A DNA stretch of 64,000 nucleotides from Acidimicrobiia bacterium (GCA_035468285.1 DATISY010000067.1:836-64835); one strand, 5' to 3'. Counted from the first letter of the stretch, positions 42,143 through 51,994 are shown. The notes: generated by a model not told the origin, from the sequence alone. Translations and numbers: made by a program.

Positions 42143-44769
42143 GGCACCGCGCTCGCCGCCGCGACGACACCCCGGAACGCTGCGTCGGCCGCGGCGCGGG
42201 CCGCGTCACGCGTCGCCGGGTCGGGCGCGACATCGGCCACCTGGCGCAGCAGGTCGATGCACTGCTTCACGTTGCGGACGAAGTCACCGCCGGCGAGCTC
42301 CTCGTCATCTAGGACCGTGGCGAGCGTTTCGCCGAGCACCCACTCGTAGAGGTACGGCGTGAACCCCGGATCGGGCGGACGGGTCTCGGGGAGGCGGGCG
42401 TCGTCCTCGGCTTTGACGAGCGTCTGCCACAACGACTCGAGCTCCCGGGCCCGCTCCGCGACGCGCCGGGTCGGCCAGCGCAGCGGCGGCGCGGACGCGT
42501 CGTCCGAGCCGCGCCGCTCGTACGTGAAGCACGACACGACGGCGGCGACCTCGGCGGCGGTCAACCCGTCGAGGCGGCCCTCGCGGATGGTCTCGGCCAG
42601 CAGCAGGTCGGTCTCGGTGTAGAGGCGGGCCAGGATCGCGCCGGGCGGGGTGAGCGACCAGCCGTCGACGTACCCCCAGGATTCGAGGAGGCCGAGGACC
42701 CGGTCGAACTGGCGGGCGAGGCTCTCGCTGCGCCCCTGGACCCGTCGTTCGAGGCGGGCGATGTCGCGCTCGAGCCGCTCGACGCTCGCTGCCGCCCGCA
42801 GCCGGGACTCCCGGGCCGGGTCACCGGCGACGGGGTGCGCGGCGACCGCGGCCTCGAGGTCCCCGACCACCTCCGACGGCTTGTCCCGCGCCGGGTCCCG
42901 GACCTTGGCCCGGCGGAGCCGGAACGCGGTCTCCCGCCGGAAGTTGGGGTTCTTCGGGGCGTACGGCGAGGGCAGCTCGATGTGACCCAGGGGCCGCGGC
43001 GGTGCGGTGAAGTCGTCGGCCGTCACCCGCACGAGCGACTTGCCGGTGGTCAGGGCCAGCAGCCGGGGGTGGCCGCCCCGCCGGCCGTCGTGGGCGAGGA
43101 CGACGACACGTCCCCCGCGTCCCCCGACCCACACGATGTCGCCCGGCCGGACCCGCTCCAACGCGGCCGAGACCTGCGACGCCGCGCCCCGCCCGCGGCG
43201 AGCCGCGTCGAGCCGCGAGACGAGGGTGCGGTACTCATCGATGTCACCGGCCGCGCTGCGGGCCCGGTCCAGCTGACGGGCGAGCTGTTCGCGGCTGCGT
43301 TCCAGCTGCCGTTCGAGCGCCACGACGTCCCGGTCGGCGCGGTACTGCGCGAACGACAGGTTCAGCAGATGGTGCGCGTCTTCGGCCGAGTAGCGGTGCA
43401 CGAGGTTGACCGTCATGTTGTAGGTGGGACGAAACGACGACGTGAGCGCGTCGGTGCGTCGCGCCGCGAGGCTCGCCGCCTGGTCGAACGTGACGTACGG
43501 GTTCCAGCACACCACCGCGTAGCCGACCTCGTCGATGCCGCGCCGCCCGGCCCGGCCGGTGAGCTGGGTGTACTCCCCCGGGGTGAGGAACTCGTGGCGC
43601 TCACCGGTGAACTTCGTCAGCTTCTCGATCATCACCGACCGGGCCGGCATGTTGATCCCCAGCGCGAGCGTCTCGGTCGCGTACACGACCTTCACCAGCC
43701 CCGCCGCGAACGCCTCCTCGACTGCCTCCTTCATCGGCGGGACGAGCCCGGCGTGGTGCGCGGCGATCCCCGCGCTGAGTCCGTCGAGCCAGGCGTCGAC
43801 CCCCAGGACCGCCAGGTCGTCCTCCGCGAGGTCGGTGAGGTGCCGCTCGGCGATACCTCGGATGGTGTCTCGCTCCGCCCGGGTGGTGAGCCGCACCCGC
43901 GCCGCCCGGCACTGCTCCACGGCCTGCTCACAACCCTTGCGGCTGAACACGAACACGATCGCCGGCAGCATGGCGTCGTCCGCGAGACGGTCGAGGCTCT
44001 CGACCCGGCCCGGCGCGACCAGCCGGCTCCGGGCCCGTCCCGTCGCCCCCCGGGTCCCGCCCCGCCCCTGGCGGCGGTCGAGGCGCGCCGCGTCAGGGTT
44101 CGGTCGCAGGTCCTCCCCGTCACCGTCCCCGACGAACGTGGGGAGCAGATGGAGCGTGTCGACACCCCGCTCCCCCACCAGGTACCGGTTCCGCAACGCC
44201 ACCGGGCGACGCTCCTCGATGATCGCCGTCGTCGCGCCCCGCACCGTCGCGATCCAGTCAGCGAACTCCTCCGCGTTCGAGACCGTCGCCGACAAGCAGA
44301 CCAGGTCCACCGTCGGCGCGAGATGCACGATGACCTCTTCCCACACCGCGCCCCGGTACCGGTCCTGCAGGTAGTGGACCTCGTCGAGGACGACGTAGCG
44401 CAACCCGTCCAACGCCGGTGACGCCCCGTAGATCATGTTGCGCAGCACCTCGGTCGTCATGACCACGACCGGTGCGTCACCGTTGATCGAGTTGTCCCCC
44501 GTGAGCAGCCCGACCGTGGCCGTGCCGTGCACCCGGCGCAGGTCGGCGAACTTCTGGTTCGAGAGCGCCTTGAGCGGCGTCGTGTAGAACACCTTGCCGC
44601 CCAACGCACGGGCCCGGTCGACGGCGTACTCGGCCACGATCGTCTTCCCCGACCCCGTCGGCGCGGCCACGAGCACCGACTGGCCGGCGTCGATCGCGTC
44701 GAGGGCCCGCCGCTGGAAGTCGTCGAGCGTGAACCCGAGCGCCGCCTCGAACTCGGCGCGCCCGCCCAC
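42139..44769 (-). CDS. helY: Ski2-like DEAD/DEAH-box helicase
   Basis: 876 aa. Walker A APTGSGKT, DEVH box (VVLDEVHYL), SAT, HHAGL, TETLALGINMPAR, and a C-terminal DSHCT-like region. Position next to tatC as in M. tuberculosis Rv2092c. Confidence 0.9.
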   Translation of the reverse strand: MGGRAEFEAALGFTLDDFQRRALDAIDAGQSVLVAAPTGSGKTIVAEYAVDRARALGGKVFYTTPLKALSNQKFADLRRVHGTATVGLLTGDNSINGDAPVVVMTTEVLRNMIYGASPALDGLRYVVLDEVHYLQDRYRGAVWEEVIVHLAPTVDLVCLSATVSNAEEFADWIATVRGATTAIIEERRPVALRNRYLVGERGVDTLHLLPTFVGDGDGEDLRPNPDAARLDRRQGRGGTRGATGRARSRLVAPGRVESLDRLADDAMLPAIVFVFSRKGCEQAVEQCRAARVRLTTRAERDTIRGIAERHLTDLAEDDLAVLGVDAWLDGLSAGIAAHHAGLVPPMKEAVEEAFAAGLVKVVYATETLALGINMPARSVMIEKLTKFTGERHEFLTPGEYTQLTGRAGRRGIDEVGYAVVCWNPYVTFDQAASLAARRTDALTSSFRPTYNMTVNLVHRYSAEDAHHLLNLSFAQYRADRDVVALERQLERSREQLARQLDRARSAAGDIDEYRTLVSRLDAARRGRGAASQVSAALERVRPGDIVWVGGRGGRVVVLAHDGRRGGHPRLLALTTGKSLVRVTADDFTAPPRPLGHIELPSPYAPKNPNFRRETAFRLRRAKVRDPARDKPSEVVGDLEAAVAAHPVAGDPARESRLRAAASVERLERDIARLERRVQGRSESLARQFDRVLGLLESWGYVDGWSLTPPGAILARLYTETDLLLAETIREGRLDGLTAAEVAAVVSCFTYERRGSDDASAPPLRWPTRRVAERARELESLWQTLVKAEDDARLPETRPPDPGFTPYLYEWVLGETLATVLDDEELAGGDFVRNVKQCIDLLRQVADVAPDPATRDAARAAADAAFRGVVAAASAVP

Positions 44770-45002
44770 TACGTGCTGCTCGGCGTCGAACCCGTCGTGG
44801 AGGTGGCCGCCGTCGAAGGTGTCGTGGGACTCGACGTCGGGATCGGCGCCGGCGACGGGGTCGAGGAGCTGCTCGGATGCGGCCCGAGCACCCAGACCAT
44901 CACCACGGTGAACAGCAGCACCGCGGCGACAGCCGCCGCGGCGATCGCGACTTCCCGACGGTCCCGGGGGGGACGGTACGTGCGGCGCTTGTCCGGGCTC
45001 AT
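44769..45002 (-). CDS. Small membrane protein (basic N-terminus, one TM, Ser/Thr/Pro tail)
   Basis: 77 aa. Its ATG overlaps the tatC stop (ATGA) and its TAG shares a base with the helY GTG. TM AIAAAAVAAVLLFTVVMVWVL. Supported by coupling only. Confidence 0.45.
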   Translation of the reverse strand: MSPDKRRTYRPPRDRREVAIAAAAVAAVLLFTVVMVWVLGPHPSSSSTPSPAPIPTSSPTTPSTAATSTTGSTPSST

Positions 45003-45727
45003 CGCTTCATGATCCGACCGAGGATGATGCTCCCCTCATAGAAGAGACACATCGGGATCGCCATGAAGAACAGAGAGTACGGGTCCTGGCTGGGGGTGAT
45101 GATCGCCGCGAAGGCGAAGATCCCCACGATCGCATAGCGGCGCCGCTTCCGGAGCCCCTTCGTCGTGATGACCCGGGCGAGGAGGAGGAACACCAGCACC
45201 ACGGGGAACTCGAACGCCAACCCGAACGCGAGGATCATCAACAAGACGAGGGTGAGGTACCGGTCCGCGGTGAGCAGCGGCTGGAGCTCGGTGCCCCCCG
45301 CTTTGAGGAGGAAATCCAACGCCTTCGGCAGGATCAGCATCGCGACCGTGCCCCCGGCGGCGAACAGCGCCAACGAGCTCAGGATGAACGGGACGGCGTA
45401 ACGCTTCTCCCGTTTGCTCAATCCCGGGGTGATGAAGCGCCACAGCTGCCAGAGCCACACCGGCAACGCCAACAGGATCCCGGAGTAGGTGGCGACCTTC
45501 AGGCGGGTGACGAACGCGTCGAGCGGCCCGGTGAAGATGAACGCGTTCTTCTTTCCGTGGGTGACGTCCTTGTAGTAGTGGAGGAAGAACCGGATGATGT
45601 CGGGCGCGAACCAGTACGCCAGCGACGCGGTGAACACGATCGCGAAGATCGAGATGAGGATCCGTCGACGCAGCTCGGCGAGATGCTCGATGACCGTCAT
45701 CCGGCCATCGGCGGCTTTCGGGGTCAC
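44999..45727 (-). CDS. tatC: Twin-arginine translocase subunit TatC
   Basis: 242 aa. MTVIEHLAELRRRI, six TM segments, and conserved PGL.K.EKR and FEFPVV blocks. Confidence 0.95.
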   Translation of the reverse strand: MTPKAADGRMTVIEHLAELRRRILISIFAIVFTASLAYWFAPDIIRFFLHYYKDVTHGKKNAFIFTGPLDAFVTRLKVATYSGILLALPVWLWQLWRFITPGLSKREKRYAVPFILSSLALFAAGGTVAMLILPKALDFLLKAGGTELQPLLTADRYLTLVLLMILAFGLAFEFPVVLVFLLLARVITTKGLRKRRRYAIVGIFAFAAIITPSQDPYSLFFMAIPMCLFYEGSIILGRIMKR

Positions 45728-45730
45728 GTC

Positions 45731-45895
45731 CTACGCCGACCCCGCACCGGGCCGGAGACGACCCCCGTCCCCGCCACCCGTCCGGGTCGAGGCCCGGTTC
45801 AACGCCGGGCGGGCCGGTTCGAGCCGTCGCCGGGACGCCCCCCCGATCAGGGCCGTCACCCACAGCACCAGGATCTCGGCCGGGCCGACCGACAC
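45731..45895 (-). CDS. tatA: Divergent TatA/E-like small membrane protein
   Basis: 54 aa, below the ORF-track cutoff. GTG 45895 is preceded by AAGGGAG 6 nt upstream, and the stop is 3 nt before the tatC start. Translation: VSVGPAEILVLWVTALIGGASRRRLEPARPALNRASTRTGGGDGGRLRPGAGSA. TM plus Gly hinge are in the expected place, but the amphipathic helix is atypical. Confidence 0.5.
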   Translation of the reverse strand: MSVGPAEILVLWVTALIGGASRRRLEPARPALNRASTRTGGGDGGRLRPGAGSA

Positions 45896-45971
45896 GGACG
45901 CTCCCTTCGCGCGAGGCCGACCGGCATCGTACCGGCGCCCCTGACCACGACCCTTTTCGGGCCGGTGGCAC

Positions 45972-46325
45972 TCAGCTCGGGGTCGAGTTGGTGTCCCCCA
46001 ACAACGCGGCGAGCTCTTGGCTCCACTCCTCGTCGCGGCTCAACAGCAGATGGAAGTCGAGCAGGTCGTCGACCGTGAACCCCGGCGCGTCCGGCCGGCC
46101 CTGGACCTCGTCGGGAAACCGCCACTCCACCCGCTCCACCCCGGCCGAGACCAGGAGATCACACACCGCGATGCTGGCCTCATGATGGACCGCCGAGCCG
46201 CACTGGTCGCAGCGGAAGCAGTATCCGCCTGACCCGTCGTCGGTGCAGACCCGCACGGTGACATCCGGTGCCCCCAGGCGCACGACCCCGCACCCCGGGC
46301 AGTCCGCCTTGATCATGATGGCCAT
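45972..46325 (-). CDS. Hypothetical Cys4 zinc-ribbon protein
   Basis: 117 aa from ATG 46325 with a GGAGGG RBS. CPGCG...CFRCDQCG pattern. The 98 upstream codons of the track ORF are unsupported. Confidence 0.55.
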   Translation of the reverse strand: MAIMIKADCPGCGVVRLGAPDVTVRVCTDDGSGGYCFRCDQCGSAVHHEASIAVCDLLVSAGVERVEWRFPDEVQGRPDAPGFTVDDLLDFHLLLSRDEEWSQELAALLGDTNSTPS

Positions 46326-46346
46326 ATCCCTCCATCGGCAGGCCGG

Positions 46347-47090
46347 ATGGGCCCCTTGAGGCCCCCCGATCGGCCAGGATTCAGGGCTGTGGCGCCCATC
46401 ACCTTCGCTCATCGGGGAGCCCGGCTCCTCCACCCCGAGAACACGATCCCGGCGTTCCAGGCGGCCCTGCAGGCCGGCGCGGGGGGTCTGGAGACCGACG
46501 CCTGGCTGAGCGCCGACCACGAGGTCGTCCTCACCCACGACGTCCGGGTCGGGGGTCCCCTGTTCGGGCTGTGGAAGCTGCGGGTGGCGCACACCAGCGC
46601 GGAACGCCTCGCCCGGCACGGCGTCCCCCGCCTCGCCACGCTGCTCGCCGAGCTGGGCTGTGACTACGACCTCTCCATCGACGTCAAGGACCCCGCCGCG
46701 GCGCAGCCGATCATCGACCTCACCCGCGCCGCGGGCGATCCCGCCCGCACGTGGCTGTGCTCACCGGACCTCGAGCAGCTCCGCGCCCTCCGGCCCGACG
46801 CCACCGACGTGCGGCTGGTGCACTCGGCGCCCCGTCGCCGGCTCCCCGATTCGCTCGAGCGGCACGCGGCGGACCTCGCCGCGGCCGGCGTCGACGCCAT
46901 GAACCTCCGTCACGCGGAGTGGACCAAAGGTCTCGTCGCGCTCTTCCACCGGTTCGACCGGCGCGCCTTCGCGTGGGACGTGCAAGAGGTGCGTCACCTG
47001 CGGGCGATGCTCGCCATCGGGATCGACGCGGTGTACTGCGACCACGTCGACCGCATGGTCGCGACCGTCGCCGAATGGGACCCGACCTAG
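46347..47090 (+). CDS. Glycerophosphodiester phosphodiesterase family protein
   Basis: 247 aa. FAHRGA...ENT..AF..A...GA..LE.D..L..D...V..HD is the GDPD signature. Confidence 0.85.
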   Translation: MGPLRPPDRPGFRAVAPITFAHRGARLLHPENTIPAFQAALQAGAGGLETDAWLSADHEVVLTHDVRVGGPLFGLWKLRVAHTSAERLARHGVPRLATLLAELGCDYDLSIDVKDPAAAQPIIDLTRAAGDPARTWLCSPDLEQLRALRPDATDVRLVHSAPRRRLPDSLERHAADLAAAGVDAMNLRHAEWTKGLVALFHRFDRRAFAWDVQEVRHLRAMLAIGIDAVYCDHVDRMVATVAEWDPT

Positions 47091-47108
47091 CTGTCGATCA
47101 ACGGGTCG

Positions 47109-47933
47109 TTACAGGAACGAGAGGTTGCTGAGCGGCCAGATCCGCACGAACACGCGACCGACGATCGACGACTCGGTGATCGGCCCGAACGTCCGGGCGT
47201 CCTTGGACTGGTTGCGGTTGTCGCCGAGCACGAACACCCGGCCTTTCGGGACCACACACCCAGGCTCCCTCGTGGCGGGTGTCCCGCAACCCGGCGGGAC
47301 GTCCGAGCCTTCCGGCCCGGTCGACGCGCGCGCCGGCAGATACGGCTCGTGGAGTCGCCGCCCGTTGATGTAGATGTCGTAGGTGTCGCCGTCCTTGCGC
47401 TCGGTGACCGTCTCCCCCGGGAGGCCGATCACCCGCTTGACCAGATCCTGGATCCCCGCGGTGCGCTCCCCCGGCGGGGCCTTGAACACGACGATGTCGC
47501 CCCGACGCACGTCGTGGAAGTCGTAGCTCAGCTTGTTCACGAGCACCCGGTCACCGATGTTCAGCGTCGGTTCCATCGACGCCGACGGGATGTAGAACGC
47601 CTGGAAGAGGAACGTCTTGATCACGAACGCGATGAGGAGCGCCGCGACGATCAGGACCACCCACTCGACGATCAGGCGCTTGGTGCGATCCCGCCGGGAC
47701 GGGGTCGCGGCCGGGCCGCCGACGTCACCGCTGCCGGCACCGTTGCCGCCACCCCCGGCGGGGCCGGCCGGCACCGTGGAGTCGACGTGATCACCGGGGT
47801 CGAGGAGCGTCGTCTCGTGGCCGCTGGGCCGCGCGTCAGGATCCGGCTGCCCGGTCGGCGTCACGAGGTCGGCCCCACGAGCCCATCCTCGCACGCCGCG
47901 AGGCCAGAACCGCCGTCGGCCCTCATCGGCCAT
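47109..47933 (-). CDS. lepB: Signal peptidase I
   Basis: 274 aa. TM anchor, then catalytic Ser box IPSASMEPTL, GDIVVFK, Lys box VKRVIGLPGE and VLGDNRNQSKDAR. Confidence 0.9.
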   Translation of the reverse strand: MADEGRRRFWPRGVRGWARGADLVTPTGQPDPDARPSGHETTLLDPGDHVDSTVPAGPAGGGGNGAGSGDVGGPAATPSRRDRTKRLIVEWVVLIVAALLIAFVIKTFLFQAFYIPSASMEPTLNIGDRVLVNKLSYDFHDVRRGDIVVFKAPPGERTAGIQDLVKRVIGLPGETVTERKDGDTYDIYINGRRLHEPYLPARASTGPEGSDVPPGCGTPATREPGCVVPKGRVFVLGDNRNQSKDARTFGPITESSIVGRVFVRIWPLSNLSFL

Positions 47934-48867
47934 AACGAGCCAGGACCCGTCGGGCGGCGTCCGCCCGAGCCGCCCGGGCCGCGGGAGGACCCACCACCGT
48001 CGCCGAGGGCCCTAGGCGCAGCAGCAGCCGCTCGAGGAACGCCGCGCCGCTCACCGCGAGGACGACGTCCCATCCCCCATCGGCACGCGGTTTCGCGTCT
48101 TCGGTCGGGAGGTTCTCGGCGACCCAGGCGGCGTCGGGACGCAGGCGGAGCCGAACCCGTGGGTCACTCGGGTCGGGCCGGTAGACGAGGTCCACGAGGT
48201 CGTCGTCGCCCGCGGAGGGGTGCGGCGGCGCCGGCTCGCCCGTCGACCGGACGGCCCGGACCCGGTCGACACGGAACAGCCGCTCCCCGTCCGCCCGGTG
48301 GCAGTACGCGGCCAGGTACCAGGCACCGAGGGCGTGGAAGACCCGGAGGGGGTCCACGACGCGCGTCGTCATCTCGTCGCGGGCGAAGGAGTAGTAGTCG
48401 ATCTCGAGCTGCTCCCCCGCCGCGGTCGCGTCGGTCAGGCGGTCGAGGAAGTTGCTGCCGCCCACGTCGATGCTGAGCGCTCCCCGGGCCCCGAGGGCGG
48501 CCTCGAGCTTGTCGAGCGCGGTGGCCAATGGGCCACGCGGGTCCGAGCCGGGCACGGCGAGCAGCGCCCGGCCGGCGGCGAGGAGCGCGACGCCTTCGCT
48601 CGGGGTGAGTCGCAACGGCCGCTCGAAGTACTCGGCCAGCCGGATGCTGACCGCCCCGTCGTCGCCGACCCACACGTCGATGAGCCGGTCCGCGGTGTAC
48701 GGCGGCAAGCCGCACATGGGGAGCAGCGCGAGGTCCGATTCGAGCTCCGATTCGCGGACGTCGAACCGGTGCGCGAGGTCGCTGATGGTCACGCCGGGAT
48801 GGGTGAGGATCCACGGGATCAGCGCCAGGATGCGCCGCAACCGGGAACCCGCAACGGGCGGGGTCAT
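47923..48867 (-). CDS. pafC: HTH/WYL-domain transcriptional regulator PafC
   Basis: 314 aa. RLRRILALIPWILTHPGVTISDLAHRF HTH, then a WYL-type domain (ALGAWYLAAYCH). Last gene of the pafA-pafB-pafC string. Confidence 0.85.
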   Translation of the reverse strand: MTPPVAGSRLRRILALIPWILTHPGVTISDLAHRFDVRESELESDLALLPMCGLPPYTADRLIDVWVGDDGAVSIRLAEYFERPLRLTPSEGVALLAAGRALLAVPGSDPRGPLATALDKLEAALGARGALSIDVGGSNFLDRLTDATAAGEQLEIDYYSFARDEMTTRVVDPLRVFHALGAWYLAAYCHRADGERLFRVDRVRAVRSTGEPAPPHPSAGDDDLVDLVYRPDPSDPRVRLRLRPDAAWVAENLPTEDAKPRADGGWDVVLAVSGAAFLERLLLRLGPSATVVGPPAARAARADAARRVLARYGR

Positions 48868-49832
48868 GCGGGCGTCCCCGCCACGGCACGCAGCCAGTCG
48901 ATCAGGTCGCTGCGCAGATCCGGGGGCGCGAGCACCTCGGCGTGCTCGAGCAGCCCGACGACGAACGCCCGGAACGCCTCCCGGTTCACGACTGCCAGCT
49001 GCACCACGACCGCGCCGTCCTCTCGACGCGCCACGACCGCGTTGTCACCGAGCTCGTCGACCACCCACGCCGCCCGGGCCGCGTCGACGAGGACGCGCGC
49101 CTCCACCGGCCGGTCGTCGCCATAGGTCATCGGGTCCGAGCGCAGCCCCTCGCTCGGGTCGAACCCCGCGGGCGGCTCGAACGCCCCGTCCGGCCCCGAC
49201 CGTGACGGGCCGTCGAACCGGTCGATCCGGAACGCCCGGGGAGCGTCCTTGTCCTGATCGCGTCCGACGACGTACCAGTGGCCGAACCGGTGCACGACCC
49301 CGTACGGCTCCAACCGGCGCTCGTCGCCGCGGTACTCGAACTCAACGACCCGGCGGCGCGCCACCGCGTCGAAGAGCTCCGCCAACCCGTCTGTGACGGC
49401 CAACGCCGCGAGCGCCGGTGCGCCCGTCCCTTCGACGCCGCCGAGCTTGCGGAGCCCTTCCTGGGCCTCACCGCCGTCGAGGCGCACCGCGGTGACCGCG
49501 ACGTGCAACGCGGCCCGCTCCTCGGCGCTCAGCCCCGGATCGGGGAGGTAGTAGTCCTCAGGGCGGATCCGGTACCCGATCTCGGTCGAGAAACCCTCGA
49601 TCGCCGACGTCAGGATCGGCACACCCAGATCCCGCAACGTCTCCTTGTCCCGGGAGAACGCGCGCCGCCGCGCCACCTTGTCCTCGGGATAGGACGGCTC
49701 CAGTCGGGCTGCGATCTCCTCGAGCGTCAACGGCCGCCGCGTGTCGAGCAGCGTCGCGGTCAGGTTCACGAGCCGTTCGAGCCGCTCACTCACCGCCCGA
49801 CCCCCCGACCACTCGCGCGGCCCCATTGACAA
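48864..49832 (-). CDS. pafB: HTH/WYL-domain transcriptional regulator PafB
   Basis: 322 aa. ERLERLVNLTATLLDTRRPLTLEEIA HTH, then a WYL-type domain (RFGHWYVVGRD). 4-nt overlap with pafC. Confidence 0.85.
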   Translation of the reverse strand: MSMGPREWSGGRAVSERLERLVNLTATLLDTRRPLTLEEIAARLEPSYPEDKVARRRAFSRDKETLRDLGVPILTSAIEGFSTEIGYRIRPEDYYLPDPGLSAEERAALHVAVTAVRLDGGEAQEGLRKLGGVEGTGAPALAALAVTDGLAELFDAVARRRVVEFEYRGDERRLEPYGVVHRFGHWYVVGRDQDKDAPRAFRIDRFDGPSRSGPDGAFEPPAGFDPSEGLRSDPMTYGDDRPVEARVLVDAARAAWVVDELGDNAVVARREDGAVVVQLAVVNREAFRAFVVGLLEHAEVLAPPDLRSDLIDWLRAVAGTPA

Positions 49833-49886
49833 TCAGACGCCGAGACACCAGCCGGCCCGGTGCCATGACCACGCCGCGCGTCACCG

Positions 49887-51245
49887 CTACAGCGAGGCGA
49901 TCAGACGCTCGACGCGCTCGTCACGCGCCTTGAACGGGTCCTTGCACAGCACCGTCCGCTGCGCCTGATCGTTGAGCTTCAGGTGCACCCAGTCGACCGT
50001 GTAGTCACGCTTGCGTTCCTTCGCCCGCTTGATGAACGAGCCGCGCAGGCGCGCCCGGGTCGTCTGCGGCGGGGTCGACACCGCGATATCGATGTCCGCG
50101 TCGGTCGCGGTGCGGTCCACCTGACCGCGCCGCTCCAACAGGTAGTAGAGCGAACGGGCTCGCGTCACGTCGTGGTACGCCAGGTCGACCAACGCCACCT
50201 TCGGGTGCGTCAATGGCAGGTCGTGCCGCTCCCGGTACGCCTCGAGCAGGTGGTACTTCACCACCCAGTCGATCTCGGTGCGGAGCTTCAACGGGTCGTT
50301 CTCGAGGTGGGTCATGACGTGCTCCCACATGTCGAGCGCACGCTGCTCGAGCGGGCTCAACCCCCGCTTCTTCGCGAACCGCATCGCCCGGTTCAGGTAC
50401 TCGGCCTGGACCTCGACCGCCGAGAGCTCCCGACCGTTGGCCAGGCGGACCCGCCGCCGGCACGTCATGTCGTGGCTGATCTCCCGGATCGCCCGGATGG
50501 GGTTCTCCAACGTGAGGTCCCGCCATGGGCTCGGGTCCTCCTCGAGCATCCGCAGCAGGATCGACGACGTCCCGACCTTCAGGAACGTCGTGTACTCGCT
50601 CATGTTCGAGTCCCCGACGATCACGTGGAGCCGCCGGAACCGCTCGGCGTCCGCGTGGGGCTCGTCCCGGGTGTTGATGATCGGCCGGGACCGGGTCGTC
50701 GCGCTCGAGACGCCTTCCCAGATGTGCTCGGCCCGTTGGCTGATGCAGTACATCGCGCCCCGGGCCGTCTGGAGGACCTTCCCCGCGCCGGCGTAGACCT
50801 GGCGGGTCACGAGGAACGGGATCAGCACGTCGGTGAACTTGGTGAAGTCGCCTTCGCGCTCGACGAGGTAGTTCTCGTGGCACCCGTAGGAGTTCCCGGC
50901 GGAGTCGGTGTTGTTCTTGAAGAGGAACACCTCACCGCGGATGCCCTCCTCCCGCAGCCGCTGCTCGGCGCTGCGGACGAGGCCCTCGAGGATCCGCTCC
51001 CCGGCCTTGTCGTGCACGACGAGGTCGGCGATCGAGTCGCACTCGGGCGTCGCGTACTCGGGGTGGCTCCCGACGTCGAGGTAGAGGCGGGCACCGTTCT
51101 CGAGGAACACGTTGCTCGACCGGCCCCACGACACGACGCGCCGGAAGAGGTAGCGCGCCACTTCGTCAGGACTCAACCGTCGTTGACCCCGCAAGGTGCA
51201 GGTAACGCCGTACTCGTTCTCGAGCCCGAAGATCCGACGTTCCAC
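49887..51245 (-). CDS. pafA: Pup--protein ligase PafA
   Basis: 452 aa. [14 protein letters not shown] start, [30 protein letters not shown]. Lacks the extra loop present in the Dop paralog. Confidence 0.95.
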   Translation of the reverse strand: MERRIFGLENEYGVTCTLRGQRRLSPDEVARYLFRRVVSWGRSSNVFLENGARLYLDVGSHPEYATPECDSIADLVVHDKAGERILEGLVRSAEQRLREEGIRGEVFLFKNNTDSAGNSYGCHENYLVEREGDFTKFTDVLIPFLVTRQVYAGAGKVLQTARGAMYCISQRAEHIWEGVSSATTRSRPIINTRDEPHADAERFRRLHVIVGDSNMSEYTTFLKVGTSSILLRMLEEDPSPWRDLTLENPIRAIREISHDMTCRRRVRLANGRELSAVEVQAEYLNRAMRFAKKRGLSPLEQRALDMWEHVMTHLENDPLKLRTEIDWVVKYHLLEAYRERHDLPLTHPKVALVDLAYHDVTRARSLYYLLERRGQVDRTATDADIDIAVSTPPQTTRARLRGSFIKRAKERKRDYTVDWVHLKLNDQAQRTVLCKDPFKARDERVERLIASL

Positions 51246-51317
51246 GACGTCGAGCGTACCGGGGCCGGCGTCGCCTTCCGCGCCCCCAAACGTGGGGCCT
51301 TTGGGCGGATCAGGCGG

Positions 51318-51869
51318 TCAGCCGCCGGTCACCCTGACGACGTTCTTGCAGAGCTTTTCCTTCTGGAAGGCGTTGATCAGGGTCTGGTCCGTGATCTTGC
51401 TGAAGGGGTCGCTCAGCTTCGTAGGCAGCGTGGCGACCGACCCGGCGAACTTACCGGGGCCGGCGACGGACGGGTCTGCCTGCAACGTGGCGAGCGCCTG
51501 CGTGAGGGACTTATCGAGCTCATTGGCGTTCGTGACGAGCAGCTTCCCGATCTTCTGTCCGTTCGAGATGTCCGGGTACGCGGCGGCCAGCTTGGCCTCG
51601 TCGGCCTTGAGGCTCGCCAGCAGCGTCGTGGTCGGGGCGGCAGCCCCGGTCTTGTATCCGGCGACGTCGGTCGTGTCGAGGCCACCGATCGCGGTCGCGA
51701 ACGTCCCGATGTCGTTCTCCAGCTGGGTGTAGGTCCCGCAGACTGTCTTGGCGTACTTCGCCGGAGACTGCTTCTTGGGCTTCGGGGAAGCGACCGCCAC
51801 GCCGGCCATGCTCACGACGAGCGCGGTGGTGGTGAGCGCGATGCAACCCCCACGAATGAATGCCCTCAT
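51318..51869 (-). CDS. Secreted hypothetical protein
   Basis: 183 aa from ATG 51869. Signal peptide MRAFIRGGCIALTTTALVVSMAGVAVA/SP. Lys/Ala/Thr-rich helical protein with two further Cys. Locally lower GC than its neighbours. Confidence 0.55.
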   Translation of the reverse strand: MRAFIRGGCIALTTTALVVSMAGVAVASPKPKKQSPAKYAKTVCGTYTQLENDIGTFATAIGGLDTTDVAGYKTGAAAPTTTLLASLKADEAKLAAAYPDISNGQKIGKLLVTNANELDKSLTQALATLQADPSVAGPGKFAGSVATLPTKLSDPFSKITDQTLINAFQKEKLCKNVVRVTGG

Positions 51870-51994
51870 GCTGCTGCCCCTCAGTCGACGTCGAACTGCT
51901 TGGTGTTCTAGCAAGCCGGCCAGTCACGGAGGGTGAGTAGGGGCTACTCATTTCGACCGCGAGCAATTCTGGAGGCCGGCCGTAGGCTGACGGT

